Of a stretch of DNA of 64,000 nucleotides, positions 38,529 through 51,539 are shown in pieces. How positions within the stretch are numbered: the stretch's first letter is position 1; each line of letters starts with the position of its first letter. The translations under genes and the position numbers were made by a program. This DNA is from Sphyrna mokarran. Lineage: Eukaryota. The stretch lies in the NCBI GenBank assembly GCA_024679065.1, contig JAGIQG010000009.1, forward strand, positions 102,114,001 to 102,178,000, in the 5' to 3' direction. The notes beneath the pieces are model-generated. The model worked only from the letters and a program-made list of their open reading frames with translations. It searched no databases and had not been told where the DNA came from.

Positions 38529-41348
38529 TTCCAAAAATATACTTTATTCATAAATTTCAAATAAACCATTTCAAAATTACATGTCTTGAATTGCAAAAGC
38601 AGTGCAGAATCCAAACATTCATACAGTTCTATACAAAGTGCATTCAAATCATTTCAAAACTTACTAACTATATACATGCCCCAAAAACCGCCGTGTACCG
38701 CCACTGCTCAGACCGGCGCACAGCAACCCCCTATTCCCAAAAAATATACTTTATTCATACAAACTCAAACAATCCTTCAAATTACATGAGTTTGTATTGC
38801 AAACAGTGCAGAACTAAAACAAAAACTTTTAAAATAATCCTACACAAATTACAATCATAACATGTCAGAACTTACAAATGTACACATGCTCAAAAATTAC
38901 TGTGTGCCATTGTTGTTCAGATTGGCACAGTTACGCAGACCGAGGGTATTCTGCAGTTCCCTCTGCAGGGCCTTGGATCTGCCTTTGTTAAAAGGCCTTA
39001 TAGTGTGACCTTTTCCCATTGTGCCTTTGCGGCAGCTGTCCCAAGCTTCAGTGCGTCCCTCGCACGTAGTCCTGGACCTTGGAGTGTGCCAGTCTGCAAC
39101 ACTCGGTCGAGGACAGTTCTTTCAACTGGAAGATCAGCAAGTTTCGGGTGGACCAAAGTGCGTTCTTCACTGAGTTGATGACCTTCCAGCAGTAGTTGAT
39201 ATTCGTCTTGGTGTGTGAACCCGGAAACAGCCCGTAGAGCACAGAGTCCTGTGTCGTCAAGCTGCTTGGGATGAACCTCGACAAATAACTTCATCTCACT
39301 CCAGACTTCTTTGCAAAGGCACATTCCACAAGGAGGTGTGCGACTGTCTCATCAGCCCAGCAGCCGCTTCGACAGCAGCGTGCGGTGCTGTTGAGACCTG
39401 GAGTGTGCATAAAGGATCTGATGGGGAGTGCCCTTCTCACCAGCAGCCAAGCCAGATCTTGGTGCTTGTTTGTAAGTTCTGGTGATGAGGTGTTCTGCCA
39501 GATGACACTGACAGTTTGCTCAGGGAACAATCCGACAGGGTCCATCATCTCCTTTTCTCTCAGGACCTTAAGGACATTACGTGCTAACCACTGCTTAGTC
39601 GCCATGTAGTCAAAGGTGTGTTTGTCGAAACATTTCTCCGCGAAGGACAGGTGCTGTGGTACAGTCCAACGACTCGGAGCGTTCTGCAGCAGTGTGGCCA
39701 GACCCATTCCCCGTAATACTTGGGACAGGTACAACATCAAAAAGTAACGGCACTTGCTGTTGGTGTACCGAGGATCTACGCACAGCTTGATGCAGTCACA
39801 CACAAAGGTGGCCATCAGGATGAGAGTGGCGTTGGGAACATTTTTCCCTCTGTTCTCTGGAGATTTGTGCATCGCCTCCCTCTGGACGCGATTCATCTTG
39901 GATCCCCAGATGAACTTGAAGATGGCCTGCGTCACTGCTGCAGCACAGTATCTGGGGATAGGCCACACCTGCGCCATGTACAACAACACGGACAGCACCT
40001 CGCACCGGATCACCAGGTTTTTCCCTGTGATGGAGAGGGAGTGTAACTCCCACCAGCCCAATTTCTTCCTGGCTTTCGCGATGCGCTCGTCCCAGTTTTC
40101 AGTGCATGCCCCTGCCGCTCCAAACCATATCCCCAGTACCTTGGATTTGTCTGCCCAGTTCCCAAAGAACATGGTCTTGCTCTTACCTAGTTGACTTGGC
40201 TCCTGAGGCCAGCTCGAACTGCTCACAGACCTGGAGGAGCCTGCGAACAGACGAACGGTCCGAGCAGAAGACAGCCACGTCATCCATGTACAGGGAGGCT
40301 TTAACCTGTGTGCCTCCGCTGCCTGGGATTGTCACCTCTTTGATGCCTGGGTCGCTTCTTAGGGCCTCAGCAAGGGTTCAATGCAACACACAAAAAGGAC
40401 GGAGGAGAGAGGGCAGCCCTGTCTGACTCCAGACCTGTTTTGGAAGCTATCTGACTCCCACCCATTGACTGAAACTGCGCAACTGATGTCTGTGTAGAGC
40501 AGCTGGATCCAATTGCGGATACCCTCCCCAAAACCCATTTTGGAGAGCACATCCATCCTGTTGCGGTGCGAAATTCTGTCAAACGCCTTCTCCTGGTCTA
40601 GGCTGATGAGGCAGGTATCCACCCGCCTGTCCTGCACGTAGGCGATCGTATCCCTGAGTCGTGCAAGGCTATCAGGGATCTTCCTGCCGGGTACAGCACA
40701 GGTTTGATCAGAATGGATCACTGACCCCAGAGCAGATTTGACCTGGTTGGCGATGATTTTGGCTAAAATTTTATAATCCACATTCAATAGTGAAATGGGT
40801 CGCCAATTTCTAATTTCTTCCCTTTCCCCCTTTGCTTGTAGATGAAGGTGATGATGATGCCTTTCCTCATGGATTCTGACATCCTGACTTCCAGAAGCAT
40901 ACTCTCGTATACTTCCAGGAGGTCTGGGCCCGTCAAGTCCCACAACGCCGAGTAAAACTCAGCCGGTAAGCCATCCCTTCCAGGAGTTTTACCCTTCTGA
41001 AGGGACTCGACGGCCTTCGTCACTTTGTCCAGAGATACCGGTCTGTCCAAGTCTGACCGGTCTAAGAACTGCGCGATAGACAACAGGAAAGACTGGGAGG
41101 CCGTGCTGTCTGTTCGCTTCAGGTCGTACAGTCCGGCATAGAAGGATTTCCAGATCCTCAGAATGTCAGAGTGTGATGACCTTACCGAGCCGTCTTCTTC
41201 CTTCAGGCTGCTGATCATAGAGGTTTCTCTGTGTACCTTCTGGAAGAAGAAACACAAGCACTTTTCATCCTGTTCCACAGAGGGGACGCTGGACCGGAAG
41301 ATGAACTTGGCAGCCTCCGAGGCAAACAGCGAGGCTTGCTGGCTCTTC
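38529..41348 (-). mobile_element. Tx1-clade LINE, copy B (duplicated with the unit)
   Basis: Same ends and TSD (38513-38528, 41349-41364). Confidence 0.92.
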
Positions 41349-41801
41349 ATCACTCCCATTTTCTAATTACAGATGTCTGATTTATGTGCTTTGCCAGACT
41401 AAAGACCTTGTTGTCTGTCTGTGATGACTCTTATAAGAAGACCTTTGTTTTTCAGCCTGTGCGATTTTTAAACTTCTGTGACTACTAACCCTTCCACAGA
41501 CCATTCTATTCCTTTCCCCGTGTGGGATTACTGTGTATTCTATTTCCCTCCCCCTTGTTCTCTTTCTATTCAATGCTGCACTTTCTACAATATCTCAGCA
41601 GTAATACGGCTTCCTCTGGGAGCTCCAGTTTCCTCCCACAGCCTGAGAAACATGCTGGTTAGGTGCACTGCCCATGCTAAATTCTCCACTTGTCTCAGTT
41701 CACTCCCATTTCTCCTTTTGTGCAGAGTTTAATTTATTGGTGGGAGAAACACTGTCAAATGTGACTGAAAACTAATTCACTTTTCCTTTCTGTTCATGCA
41801 G

Positions 41802-42194
41802 CCTCAGGAAGCAGTCTTACAGTGACAGTCCATCAGACAGAAGTGAATGGGACAGTGAAGCAGTCTGTCCTTCTCCCTTTACGCTACTCCACTTCTACAA
41901 ACTACTCCATTTTAAGGTTATACTGGAGTTTATTTCCCAGAAACACTCCATTTGTGAAGCTGACCCGATCAAACTGCTCTCCAGACCCTGATGGATCCGG
42001 GTATAACTGTTCAGATTGGCTGGTGATAACTCCTTCCTACCGGGACCGAATTCACCTCCATCCAGAGAATGGATCCTTGTTACTGTGGAATGTACAGTCC
42101 AATGATAGCGGCATCTATGTGTTCTCTGTTTATGATGATGATGCGGGCGCAATCAGGAAAGGCAATGTGACTCTAACAGTCTATAACAGAACAG
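41802..42194 (+). CDS. Ig V-set exon copy 2
   Basis: Same splice signals as copy 1; 6 nt differences from copy 1 giving 2 aa changes (RLM to WLV); open frame. Confidence 0.88.
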
Positions 42195-42473
42195 GTAAGA
42201 ATTCACAATCTCCTTATTAAACTTTTCCTTCCAGAAAGGGGATTCTGGGAAATTAGTTAAAACTGTTTCAAACTACTGAAGTTCCCGAAAGGCCTTCAGT
42301 AAGATACCAGATATGAGCTTGATGAGAAATGTGAGAAGATATGGGGCAGGTGTGTAAAATGTCTTTCCCACCTCCTACCGTGGCTGTACTGAGAATTCTC
42401 CTCCATGAACTGACCACATACAATCATGCCACTCCGGGCCACCGCTCGCCGAGGGCCGGGCCGCCGCTCGCCA

Positions 42474-43533
42474 AGGAATACAAGTATAGGTATCTAGATG
42501 GATAAGTAACTGGCTTGGTAATAGGAGAAAGAGAGTAATAGTGTAGGGTGTTTTTCTAGCTGGAGGTCGGTCAATAGTGGTGTGCCGCAGGGCTCGGTAC
42601 TGGGACCTCTTCTATTTGTAATATATATACATGACTTGGAAGAGGGAGTAAGTGGAATGATCAACAAGTTTGCAGATGATATAAAGATGGCTGGACTTGC
42701 AGATAGTGAGGAGCATTGTCAGGTGATGCAGCAGGACAAATAGGCTTCTACCTTGGGCAGACAGATGGCAGATGGAATTCAATCCTGATAAATGTGAGGT
42801 GATGCATTTCGAGAGAAAGAATGTAGGGGAGAGGTATATGATAAAGGGTAGACCTATTAAGAGTATAGAAACGCAGAGGGACCTGGGGGTGCAAGTCTTT
42901 GAAGGTGGCAAAGCAAGTGGAGAAGGTTGTGAAGAAAGCATATGGTATGCTAACCTTTATAGGAAGGGGCATAGAGTACAAGAGCTGTTTAAAGTTGTAG
43001 TTGTATAAAACATTGGTTAGACCTCATTTGGAATACTGCGTCTAGTTCTGGTCGCCTTACTACTAGAAGGACATGGAGACTCTGGAGAGAGTGCAGAGGA
43101 GGTTTAACGAAGATGCTGCCTGGTATGGAAGGTCCATGAGAGGGCTGCTCTTGGACTTTTCGAGAGTATCCTAGTGCTTCACGTCGTTAGTGTATGCTTA
43201 ACCTGGACCATTTGATGGGCAACACGACAGCTCAGTGACTATCGCTGTGCTGTGCAGATACATGGATTTGGGCCTGTGTCTGTGGGAGTTTGCGCATTCT
43301 CCCCGTGCTTGCGTGGTTTTCTCCGGGTGCTCCGGTTTCCTCCCACATCCCAAAGATGTGCTCTTAGGCTAATTGGCAGAACAAATTCTCCCTAAATTGT
43401 CTCAAATTTGGTTTTAATCCATAGATCTATAAACATAGACAACGATCACGGGGAGAAGTTGGAACATCGAGGTGGCGGTGCAGGCTCATTGGGCTGAAGG
43501 CCCTGTTTCCCGTGCTGTTTTGTCCTTTGTTCT
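42474..43533 (+). mobile_element. Chimeric CR1 family X copy at junction B/C
   Basis: Same structure as 36590-37652. Confidence 0.85.
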
Positions 43534-44398
43534 AGATTGCTAAATGTCAGAGTGATTTAGTTACTAGGTGGGTGATGTAATAACTAGTGAATGCCTCTCC
43601 ATTCTCAATACACAGGTCTTGGTTTTCTTTTATTTATTGAAGCCAATGGAAATTAGGATTGGGAGAGTTTTTTCTCATTCATTTGTGGGACATAGGCATT
43701 ACTGGCTGGCCAGCATTTATTACCCATCCCTAATTGCTCTTGAGAAGGTGTAGTGAGCTGCCTTCTTGAACTGCTGCAGTTCACATGCTGTGGACTTTCC
43801 CATTAGGGAGGGAATTCCAGGATTTTGAGCCAGCAACTGAGATGGAACAGCGAAATATTTCCAAGTCAGGATAGTGAGTGGCTTGGAGGGAAACTTGCAG
43901 GTGGTGGAGTTGCTATATATTTGCTCCCCTTCTAGATGAAAGTGGTCTTCAGTTTCTAAGGATTTTTGGTGAATTTCTGTTGAGTGGATCACTAACACTG
44001 GTTTTAAAGTACCAATATTATATAAAGTCAAGTTCAACATGAAAATGCCTTTGATTTTTATCTCAGATTTTCAGATTGTTGCAGGCTTTAATGTCAGACT
44101 TTTAATTGATCACAAGCTTACTCTTCATGTAACAAGCTGAGTAATAGAGTTCTCTTAAACAGTTATTTTAATACAAACTATAACAAGGACATAGGGAGGG
44201 TACAGTTCACATCCCTGTAGCTAGCCAAAAGTGGTACATTCCAAGATACAAAGGCAATTAAAGTTTTCAAAATCGATTACAAGTAATTAGCATAAACTAA
44301 TCACAATCACTTTAAACTTGCTTCATTATAATATCCAATCAGTAAGAAAACTTCATGGTACAGCTCATTTCTGTATCTGTGGATCACTCCCATTTTCT

Positions 44399-47228
44399 TT
44401 CCAAAAATATACTTTATTCATAAATTTCAAATAAACCATTTCAAAATTACATGTCTTGAATTGCAAAAGCAGTGCAGAATCCAAACATTCATACAGTTCT
44501 ATACAAAGTGCATTCAAATCATTTCAAAACTTACTAACTATATACATGCCCCAAAAACCGCCGTGTACCGCCACTGCTCAGACCGGCGCACAGCAACCCC
44601 CTATTCCCAAAAAATATACTTTATTCATACAAACTCAAACAATCCTTCAAATTACATGAGTTTGTATTGCAAACAGTGCAGAACTAAAACAAAAACTTTT
44701 AAAATAATCCTACACAAATTACAATCATAACATTTCAGAACTTACAAATGTACACATGCTCAAAAATTACTGTGTGCCATTGTTGTTCAGATTGGCACAG
44801 TTACGCAGACCGAGGGTATTCTGCAGTTCCCTCTGCAGGGCCTTGGATCTGCCTTTGTTAAAAGGCCTTATAGTGTGACCTTTTCCCATTGTGCCTTTGC
44901 GGCAGCTGTCCCAAGCTTCAGTGCGTCCCTCGCACGTAGTCCTGGACCTTGGAGTGTGCCAGTCTGCAACACTCGGTCGAGGACAGTTCTTTCAACTGGA
45001 AGATCAGCAAGTTTCGGGTGGACCAAAGTGCGTTCTTCACTGAGTTGATGACCTTCCAGCAGTAGTTGATATTCGTCTTGGTGTGTGAACCCGGAAACAG
45101 CCCATAGAGCACAGAGTCCTGTGTCGTCAAGCTGCTTGGGATGAACCTCGACAAATAACTTCATCTCACTCCAGACTTCTTTGCAAAGGCACATTCCACA
45201 AGGAGGTGTGCGACTGTCTCATCAGCCCAGCAGCCGCTTCGACAGCAGCGTGCGGTGCTGTTGAGACCTGGAGTGTGCATAAAGGATCTGATGGGGAGTG
45301 CCCTTCTCACCAGCAGCCAAGCCAGATCTTGGTGCTTGTTTGTAAGTTCTGGTGATGAGGTGTTCTGCCAGATGACACTGACAGTTTGCTCAGGGAACCA
45401 TCCGACAGGGTCCATCATCTCCTTTTCTCTCAGGACCTTAAGGACATTACGTGCTAACCACTGCTTAGTCGCCATGTGGTCAAGGGTGTGTTTGTGGAAA
45501 CATTTCTCGGCGAAGGACAGGTGCTGTGATACAGTCCAACTACTCGGAGTGTTCTGCGGCAGTGTAGCCAGATCCATTCCCCGTAATACTTGGGACAGGT
45601 ACAACATCAAAAAGTAACTGCACTTGCTGTTGGTGTACTGAGGATCTACGCACAGCTTGATGCAGTCACACACAAAGGTGGCCATCACGATGAGGGCGGC
45701 ATTGGGAACATTTTTCCCTCTGTTCTCTGGAGATTTGTCCATCGCCTCCCTCTGGATGCGATTCATCTTGGATCCCTAGATGAACTTGAAGATGGCCTGC
45801 GTCACTGCTGCAGCACAGTATCTGGGGATAGGCCACATCTGCGCCATGTACAACAACACGGTCAGCACCTCGCACCGGATCACCAGGTTTTTCCCTGTGA
45901 TGGAGAGGGAGTGTGACTCCCACCAGCCCTATTTCTTCCTGGCTTTCGCGATGCGCTCATCCCAGTTTTCAGTGCATGCCCCTGCCGCTCCAAACCATAT
46001 CCCCAGTACCTTGGATTTGTCTGCCCAGTTCCCAAAGAACATGGCCTCACTCTTACCCTGGTTGACTTTGGCTCCCGAGGCCAGCTCAAACTGCTCACAG
46101 ACCTGGAGGAGCCTGCGAACAGATGAAGGGTCCGAGCAGAAGACAGCCACTAAATTCCATGTACAGGGAGGCTTTTATCTGCATACCTTCACTGCCTGGA
46201 ATTGTCACCCCTTTGGTGCCTGGGTCCCTTCTTAGGGCCTTGGCAAGGGGTTCAATGCAACACACAAAAAGGACGGAGGAGAGAGGGCAGCCCTGTCTGA
46301 CTCCAGACCTGTTTTGAAAACTATCTGATTCCCACCCATTGACTGAAACTGCGCTATAGATGTCTGTGTAGAGCAATCGGATCCAATTGCGGATACCCTC
46401 CCCAAAACCGATTTTGGAGAGCACATCCCTCATGTTGCAGTCCGAAATTCTGTCAAAAGCCTTCTCCTGGTCTGGGCTGATGAGGCAGATATCCACCCGC
46501 CTGTCCTGCACGTAGGCGATCGTATCCCTGAGTAGTGCGAGGCTATCAGACACCTTCCTGCCGGGTACAGCACAGGTTTGATCAGAATGGATCACCGACC
46601 CCAGAGCAGATTTGACCCGGTTGCCGATGATTTTGGCTAAGATTTTATAATCCACATTCAATAGTGAAATTGGTCGCCAATTTCGAACTTCTTCCCTTTC
46701 CCCCTTTGCTTGTAGATGAAGGTGATGATGATGCCTTTCCTCATGGATTCTGACATCCTGCCTTCCAGAAGCATACTCTCATATACTTCCAGGAGGTCTG
46801 GACCCGTCAAGTCCCTCAACGCCAAGTAAAACTCAGCCGGTAAGCCATCCCTTCCAGGAGTTTTACCCTTCTGAAGGGACTCGACGGCCTTCGTCAGCTT
46901 GTCCAGAGATACCGGTCTGTCCAGACTGTCCTGCTCACCGTCATCTAAGACCTGCGCGATAGACGACAGGAAAGACTGGGAGGCCGTGCTGTCTGTTGGC
47001 TTCAGGTCATACAGTCCAGCATTGAAGGATTCCCAGATCCTCAGAATGTCAGACTGTGATGATCTTACCGAGCCGTCTTCTTCCTTCAGGCTGCTGATCA
47101 CAGAGGTTTCTCTGTGTACATTCTGGAAGAAGAAACAAGCACTTTTTGTGCTGTTCCACAGAACGGACTCTGGACCTGAAGATGACTTGGCGGCCTCCGA
47201 GGCAAACAGCGAGGCTTGCTGGCTCTTC
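44399..47228 (-). mobile_element. Tx1-clade LINE, copy C (duplicated with the unit)
   Basis: Same ends and TSD (44383-44398, 47229-47244). Confidence 0.92.
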
Positions 47229-47701
47229 ATCACTCCCATTTTCTAATTACAGATGTCTGATTTATGTGCTTTGCCAGACTAAAGGCCTTGTCGTCTATCT
47301 GTGAAGACTCTTATCAGAAGACCTTTGTTTTTCAGCCTGTGAGATTTTTAAACTTCTGTGACTACTAACCCTTCCACAGACCATTCTATTCCTTTCCCCG
47401 TGTGGGATTACTGTGTATTCTATTTCCCTCCCTCTTGTTCTTTTTCTATTCAATGCTGCACTTTCTACAATATCTCAGCAGTAATACGGCTTCCTCTGGG
47501 AGCTCCAGTTTCCTCCCACAGCCTGAGAAACGTGCTGGTTAGGTGCACTGCCCATGCTAAATTCTCCACAGAGTTGCCTCATTTTCCACTTGTCTCAGTT
47601 CACTCCCAATTCTCCTTTTGTGCAGAGTTTAATTTACTGGTGGGGGAAACACTGTCAAATGTGACTGAAAACTAACTCACTTTTCCTTTCTGTTCATGCA
47701 G

Positions 47702-48094
47702 CCTCAGGAAGCAGTCTTACTGTGACAGTCCATCAGACAGAAGTGAATGGGACAGTGAACCAGTCTGTCCTTCTCCCTTTACCCTACTCCACTTCTACAA
47801 ACTACTCCATTTTAAAGTTACGCTGGAGATTATTTCCCAGAAACACTCCACTTGTGACGCTGACCCGATCAAACTGCTCTCCAGACCCTGATGGATCCCA
47901 GTATAACTGTTCAGATCGCCTGATGATAACTGTTTCCTACCAGGACCGAGTTCACCTCTATCCAGAGAATGGATCCTTGTTACTGCGGAATGTACAGTCC
48001 AATGACAGCGGCGTCTATGTGTTCTCTGTTTATGATGATGATGCGGGCACAACCAGGATAGGCAATGTGACTCTAATAGTCTATAACAGGACAG
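47702..48094 (+). CDS. Ig V-set exon copy 3 (most divergent)
   Basis: Same splice signals (branch AACTAAC); 18 aa differences from copy 1; open frame, phase 1-1. Confidence 0.9.
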
Positions 48095-48371
48095 GTAAGA
48101 ATTCACAACCTCCTTATTAAACTTTTCCTTCCAGAAAGGGGATTCTGGGAAATTAGTTACAACTGTTTCAAACTAATGAAGTTCCCGAAAAGCCTTCAGT
48201 AAGATACCAGATATGAGCTTGATGAGAAATGTGAGAAGATATGGGGCAGGTGTGTAAAATGTCTTTCCCACCTCCTACCCTGGCTGTACTGAGAATTCTC
48301 CTCCATGAACTGACCACATACAATCATACCACTGGGCCACTGCTCGCCGAGGGCCGGGCCGCCGCTCGCTG

Positions 48372-49877
48372 AGGAATACAAGTACAAGTAGCTAGATGGA
48401 TAAGTAACTGGCTTGGTAATAGGAGACAGAGAGTAATAGTGAAAGGGTGTTTTTCCAGCTGGAGGTCGGTCAATAGTGGTGTGCCGCAGGGCTCGGTACT
48501 GGGACCTCTTCCATTTGTAATATATATACATGACTTGGAAGAGGGAGTAAGTGGAGTGATCAGCAAGTTTGCTGATGACATAAAGATGGCTGGACTTGCG
48601 GATAGTGAGGAGCATTGTCAGGCGATGCAGCAGGACATAGCAGGTACCTTGGGCAGATAGATGGCAGATGGAATTCAATCCTGATAAATGTGAGGTGATG
48701 CATTTCGGGAGAAATAATGTAGGGAAGAGGTATATGATAAAGGGTAGACCTATTAAGAGTATAGAAATGCAGAGAGACCTGGGTGTGCAAGTCTTTGAAG
48801 GTGGCAGAGCAAGTAGAGAAGGTTGTGAAGAAAGCATATGATATGCCAGCCTTTATAGGAAGGGGCATAGAGTACAAGAGCTGTTTAATGTTGCAGTTGT
48901 ACAGAACATTGGTTAGACCTCATTTGGAATACTGCGTCCAGTTCTGGTCGCCTTACTACCGGAAGGATGTGGAGACTCTGGAGAGAGTGCAGAAGTACCC
49001 GGATGCTGCCTGGTATGGAAGGTCTGAGTTATGAGGAAAGGTTAGGTAAATTGGGCTGTTTTCTTTAGAAAGACAGAGACTGAGAGGAGATCTAATAGAA
49101 GTGTACAAAATTATGAAGGGTATAGATAGAGTAAACAGGGTTAAGCTTTTTCCTATGTTAGAATCAAATATCACAAGAGGCCGTGGGCTTAGGGTGAGGC
49201 TGGCAGGGTATAATTTGGATGTAAGATGATTATGGGGTATGCAACGCACTGCCAAGTAAGGTGGTGGAGGCAGGCATGCTGGAGTTATTTACGAGATACT
49301 TAGGCACATGAGTGGAATAGGGATGGAGGGATATGGTAGACTGATTTAAGTAGGGATCATGAGCCTTGGGACATTCCTGGGAATTGCATAAGTTATGCAT
49401 GATGTTGATGTATTTCTGCTATTATCCTACTGGTACTTCGGTCCGCCTTGTTGCCTAACAAGGGGCATACATGCGATGGGTTGTGAGATGGCTGCTCTTG
49501 GATTTTTTGAGAGTAGCCTATTGCTTCACATCATTAGTGTATGCTTAAACTGGACCAGTTGATGGGCAACACGACATCTCAATGACTATCATGTTGCTGT
49601 GCAGATACATGGATTTGGCCCAGTATCTGTGGGAGTTTGCGCATTCTCCCCGTGCTTTTCTCCGGGTGCTCCAGTTTCCTCCCACATCCCAAAGATGTGC
49701 TCTTAGGCTGATTGGTGAAACAAATTGTCCCTAAATTGTCTCCCCAATTTAGTTCCAATGCATATTTCCGTAAACATAGACAAGGGTCATGGGTGGAAGT
49801 GGGAACGTTAAAATGGCAGCGCGGGCTCGTTGGGCTGAAGGTCCTGTTTCCCGTGCTGTGTTGCTCTTTGTTCTTTG
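48372..49877 (+). mobile_element. CR1 family X copy (right boundary of the triplication)
   Basis: GVPQGSVLGP, FADD and LVRPHLEYC motifs followed by the complete family X 3' UTR. Confidence 0.9.
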
Positions 49878-51062
49878 AGCATTGGGCTGCTGCTCTCCGA
49901 GCGCTGGGCCACTGCTTCCAGTGTAGTAGCTGGAGCCAGAGAGCTGCCTTTTAGAGGATTTCACCCCCCATCCCATATCTGTGCCCTCAGCCCACCACAG
50001 AACCCTTGTGGGTGTGTTTCTCACAGAGCACTCACCCTGCTCCCCTTAATACAGGTGATAGGTGGCATCCACTGTAGGGCTCTTGCCATTTAAAATATCG
50101 AGCCCCATAACTGAGGGACAGAAGTCTGACCTTCACCACCTTAAAGATATATTATGTGAGGTGATGTCAGTGAATTCTGGACTAACTTTTCTTCTGGGAG
50201 CAACACAAGCAGTACACACTACCACACTCACCCTACACCCCCTCTCCCACTTGCTGCCTCCCCCTCCCCTCTACCCCCAGCCCACCTTGTAAAACCCAGG
50301 CAGGAGTTGTAAATTCCACCTCAAATGGGGGTGAGTTTTACAGCATCTCTTTCAGCTGCGGGATGGGAAATCCATGGAGCCAGTGAGAAATAGCAGAATG
50401 CACAGCAAGGAAAGTACAAAACAGAAAACTGAGCAGGGGGGCTGAAGCTGGTTAGCTGAACAGACGAAAGGTGAGGAGTTGTGTTCAGCGAGGATCAGTG
50501 CTGGGATTACTGCTCTTCAGAATTTGTATAAATAATTTGAACAGTGAAATTCAGAACTCAGATTCAAAATATGTGGATGATATTTGGGCCCACACATTGC
50601 ATGCTGGTGTTTGTACTCCACTGAAACTTCCAACCATCTTTCCTTATTTAAATCTATCACTGTAACCATCTCTCTCCAAACATTTTCCCGACTTTCTCTT
50701 AAATGCATCTAAATTATTTGCTTCAACCATTCTCGTGATAGCAAGTTCTAAATTCTCACCATTCTTTGAGTAAGGACATGCCTTCTGAAATCTTGGCAGT
50801 CTTACATTGATGGCCTTTGATTATGCTCTTTCCCCACATGCATTTTAACTTTTGATCATTTAAATGCCTCTGTTAGCTCCCTATTAACCCTCAATTTTCA
50901 AGATAAACAGACCTTGGCTGGGATATTTAACATTTTCCTTTCTGGTGTTGGAGAAATTAGTGGAGTGCACATCCCCATCCTAACTGTCTGTCCCACAGCA
51001 ATTACCACTCCAACAATGTTAATTAGCTGAAGCCGGGATTTCTGCCTCTTCCTCCTGTGACT

Positions 51063-51170
51063 GGTGGGCACAGTAAGAAGTCTGACAACACCTGGTTTAA
51101 ATCCAAATAGTGTTGTCAGACTTCTTACTGAGTTTACCCCAGTCCAACGCCAGCATCTCCACATCATGAC
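51063..51170. mobile_element. Minimal Penelope-terminus hairpin
   Basis: CAGTAAGAAGTCTGACAACAC...GTGTTGTCAGACTTCTTACTG followed by the family tail CAGCATCTCCACATCATG. Confidence 0.7.
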
Positions 51171-51539
51171 TACTATCAACACTGGTAGGCACCCCAGAGG
51201 TTGGAATGGTTCATCAGCCCCAAAACAATAATTTAACCAGACAAATTTCCTTGAACATTTTGTCTTTTATTACAGTGCACATTTAAGGGGCTGCGTTCCT
51301 GGTGGATTTGTTTAGTGATGTTTGAAAACAGTGACTTCTGCCCCTCCACCTCAGAGAATTGCAGGCCGATCAGATTGTCTCTCAGCTGCCTCTGCAACAT
51401 CTAAAGCTGTAATGGACAGGACTGGGACTGGAAGCACTGCCCACAGTCATTGGGGTCCAGAACAAGGAAAATGTGGGGGGTCTTAGGGCAGGTTGATTGG
51501 CCATGGCACAGGAGGATGGGCATTGCAAAAAAAAAATTA

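Larger units (their letters stand above)
31331..49024 (+). repeat. Tandem triplication of a ~5.9-kb unit (A 31331-37251, B 37252-43134, C 43135-~49024), each with a Tx1 LINE, one V exon and CR1 pieces
   Basis: Near-identical sequence at offsets 5925 and 5900; equivalent novel junctions at ~37250 and ~43133. Confidence 0.95.

Noticed and set aside
31331-49024. Three separate paralogous genes, or three independent Tx1 insertions
   Set aside because: No leader or TM exon inside the repeated unit; the Tx1 copies have identical ends and TSDs, so one insertion was duplicated
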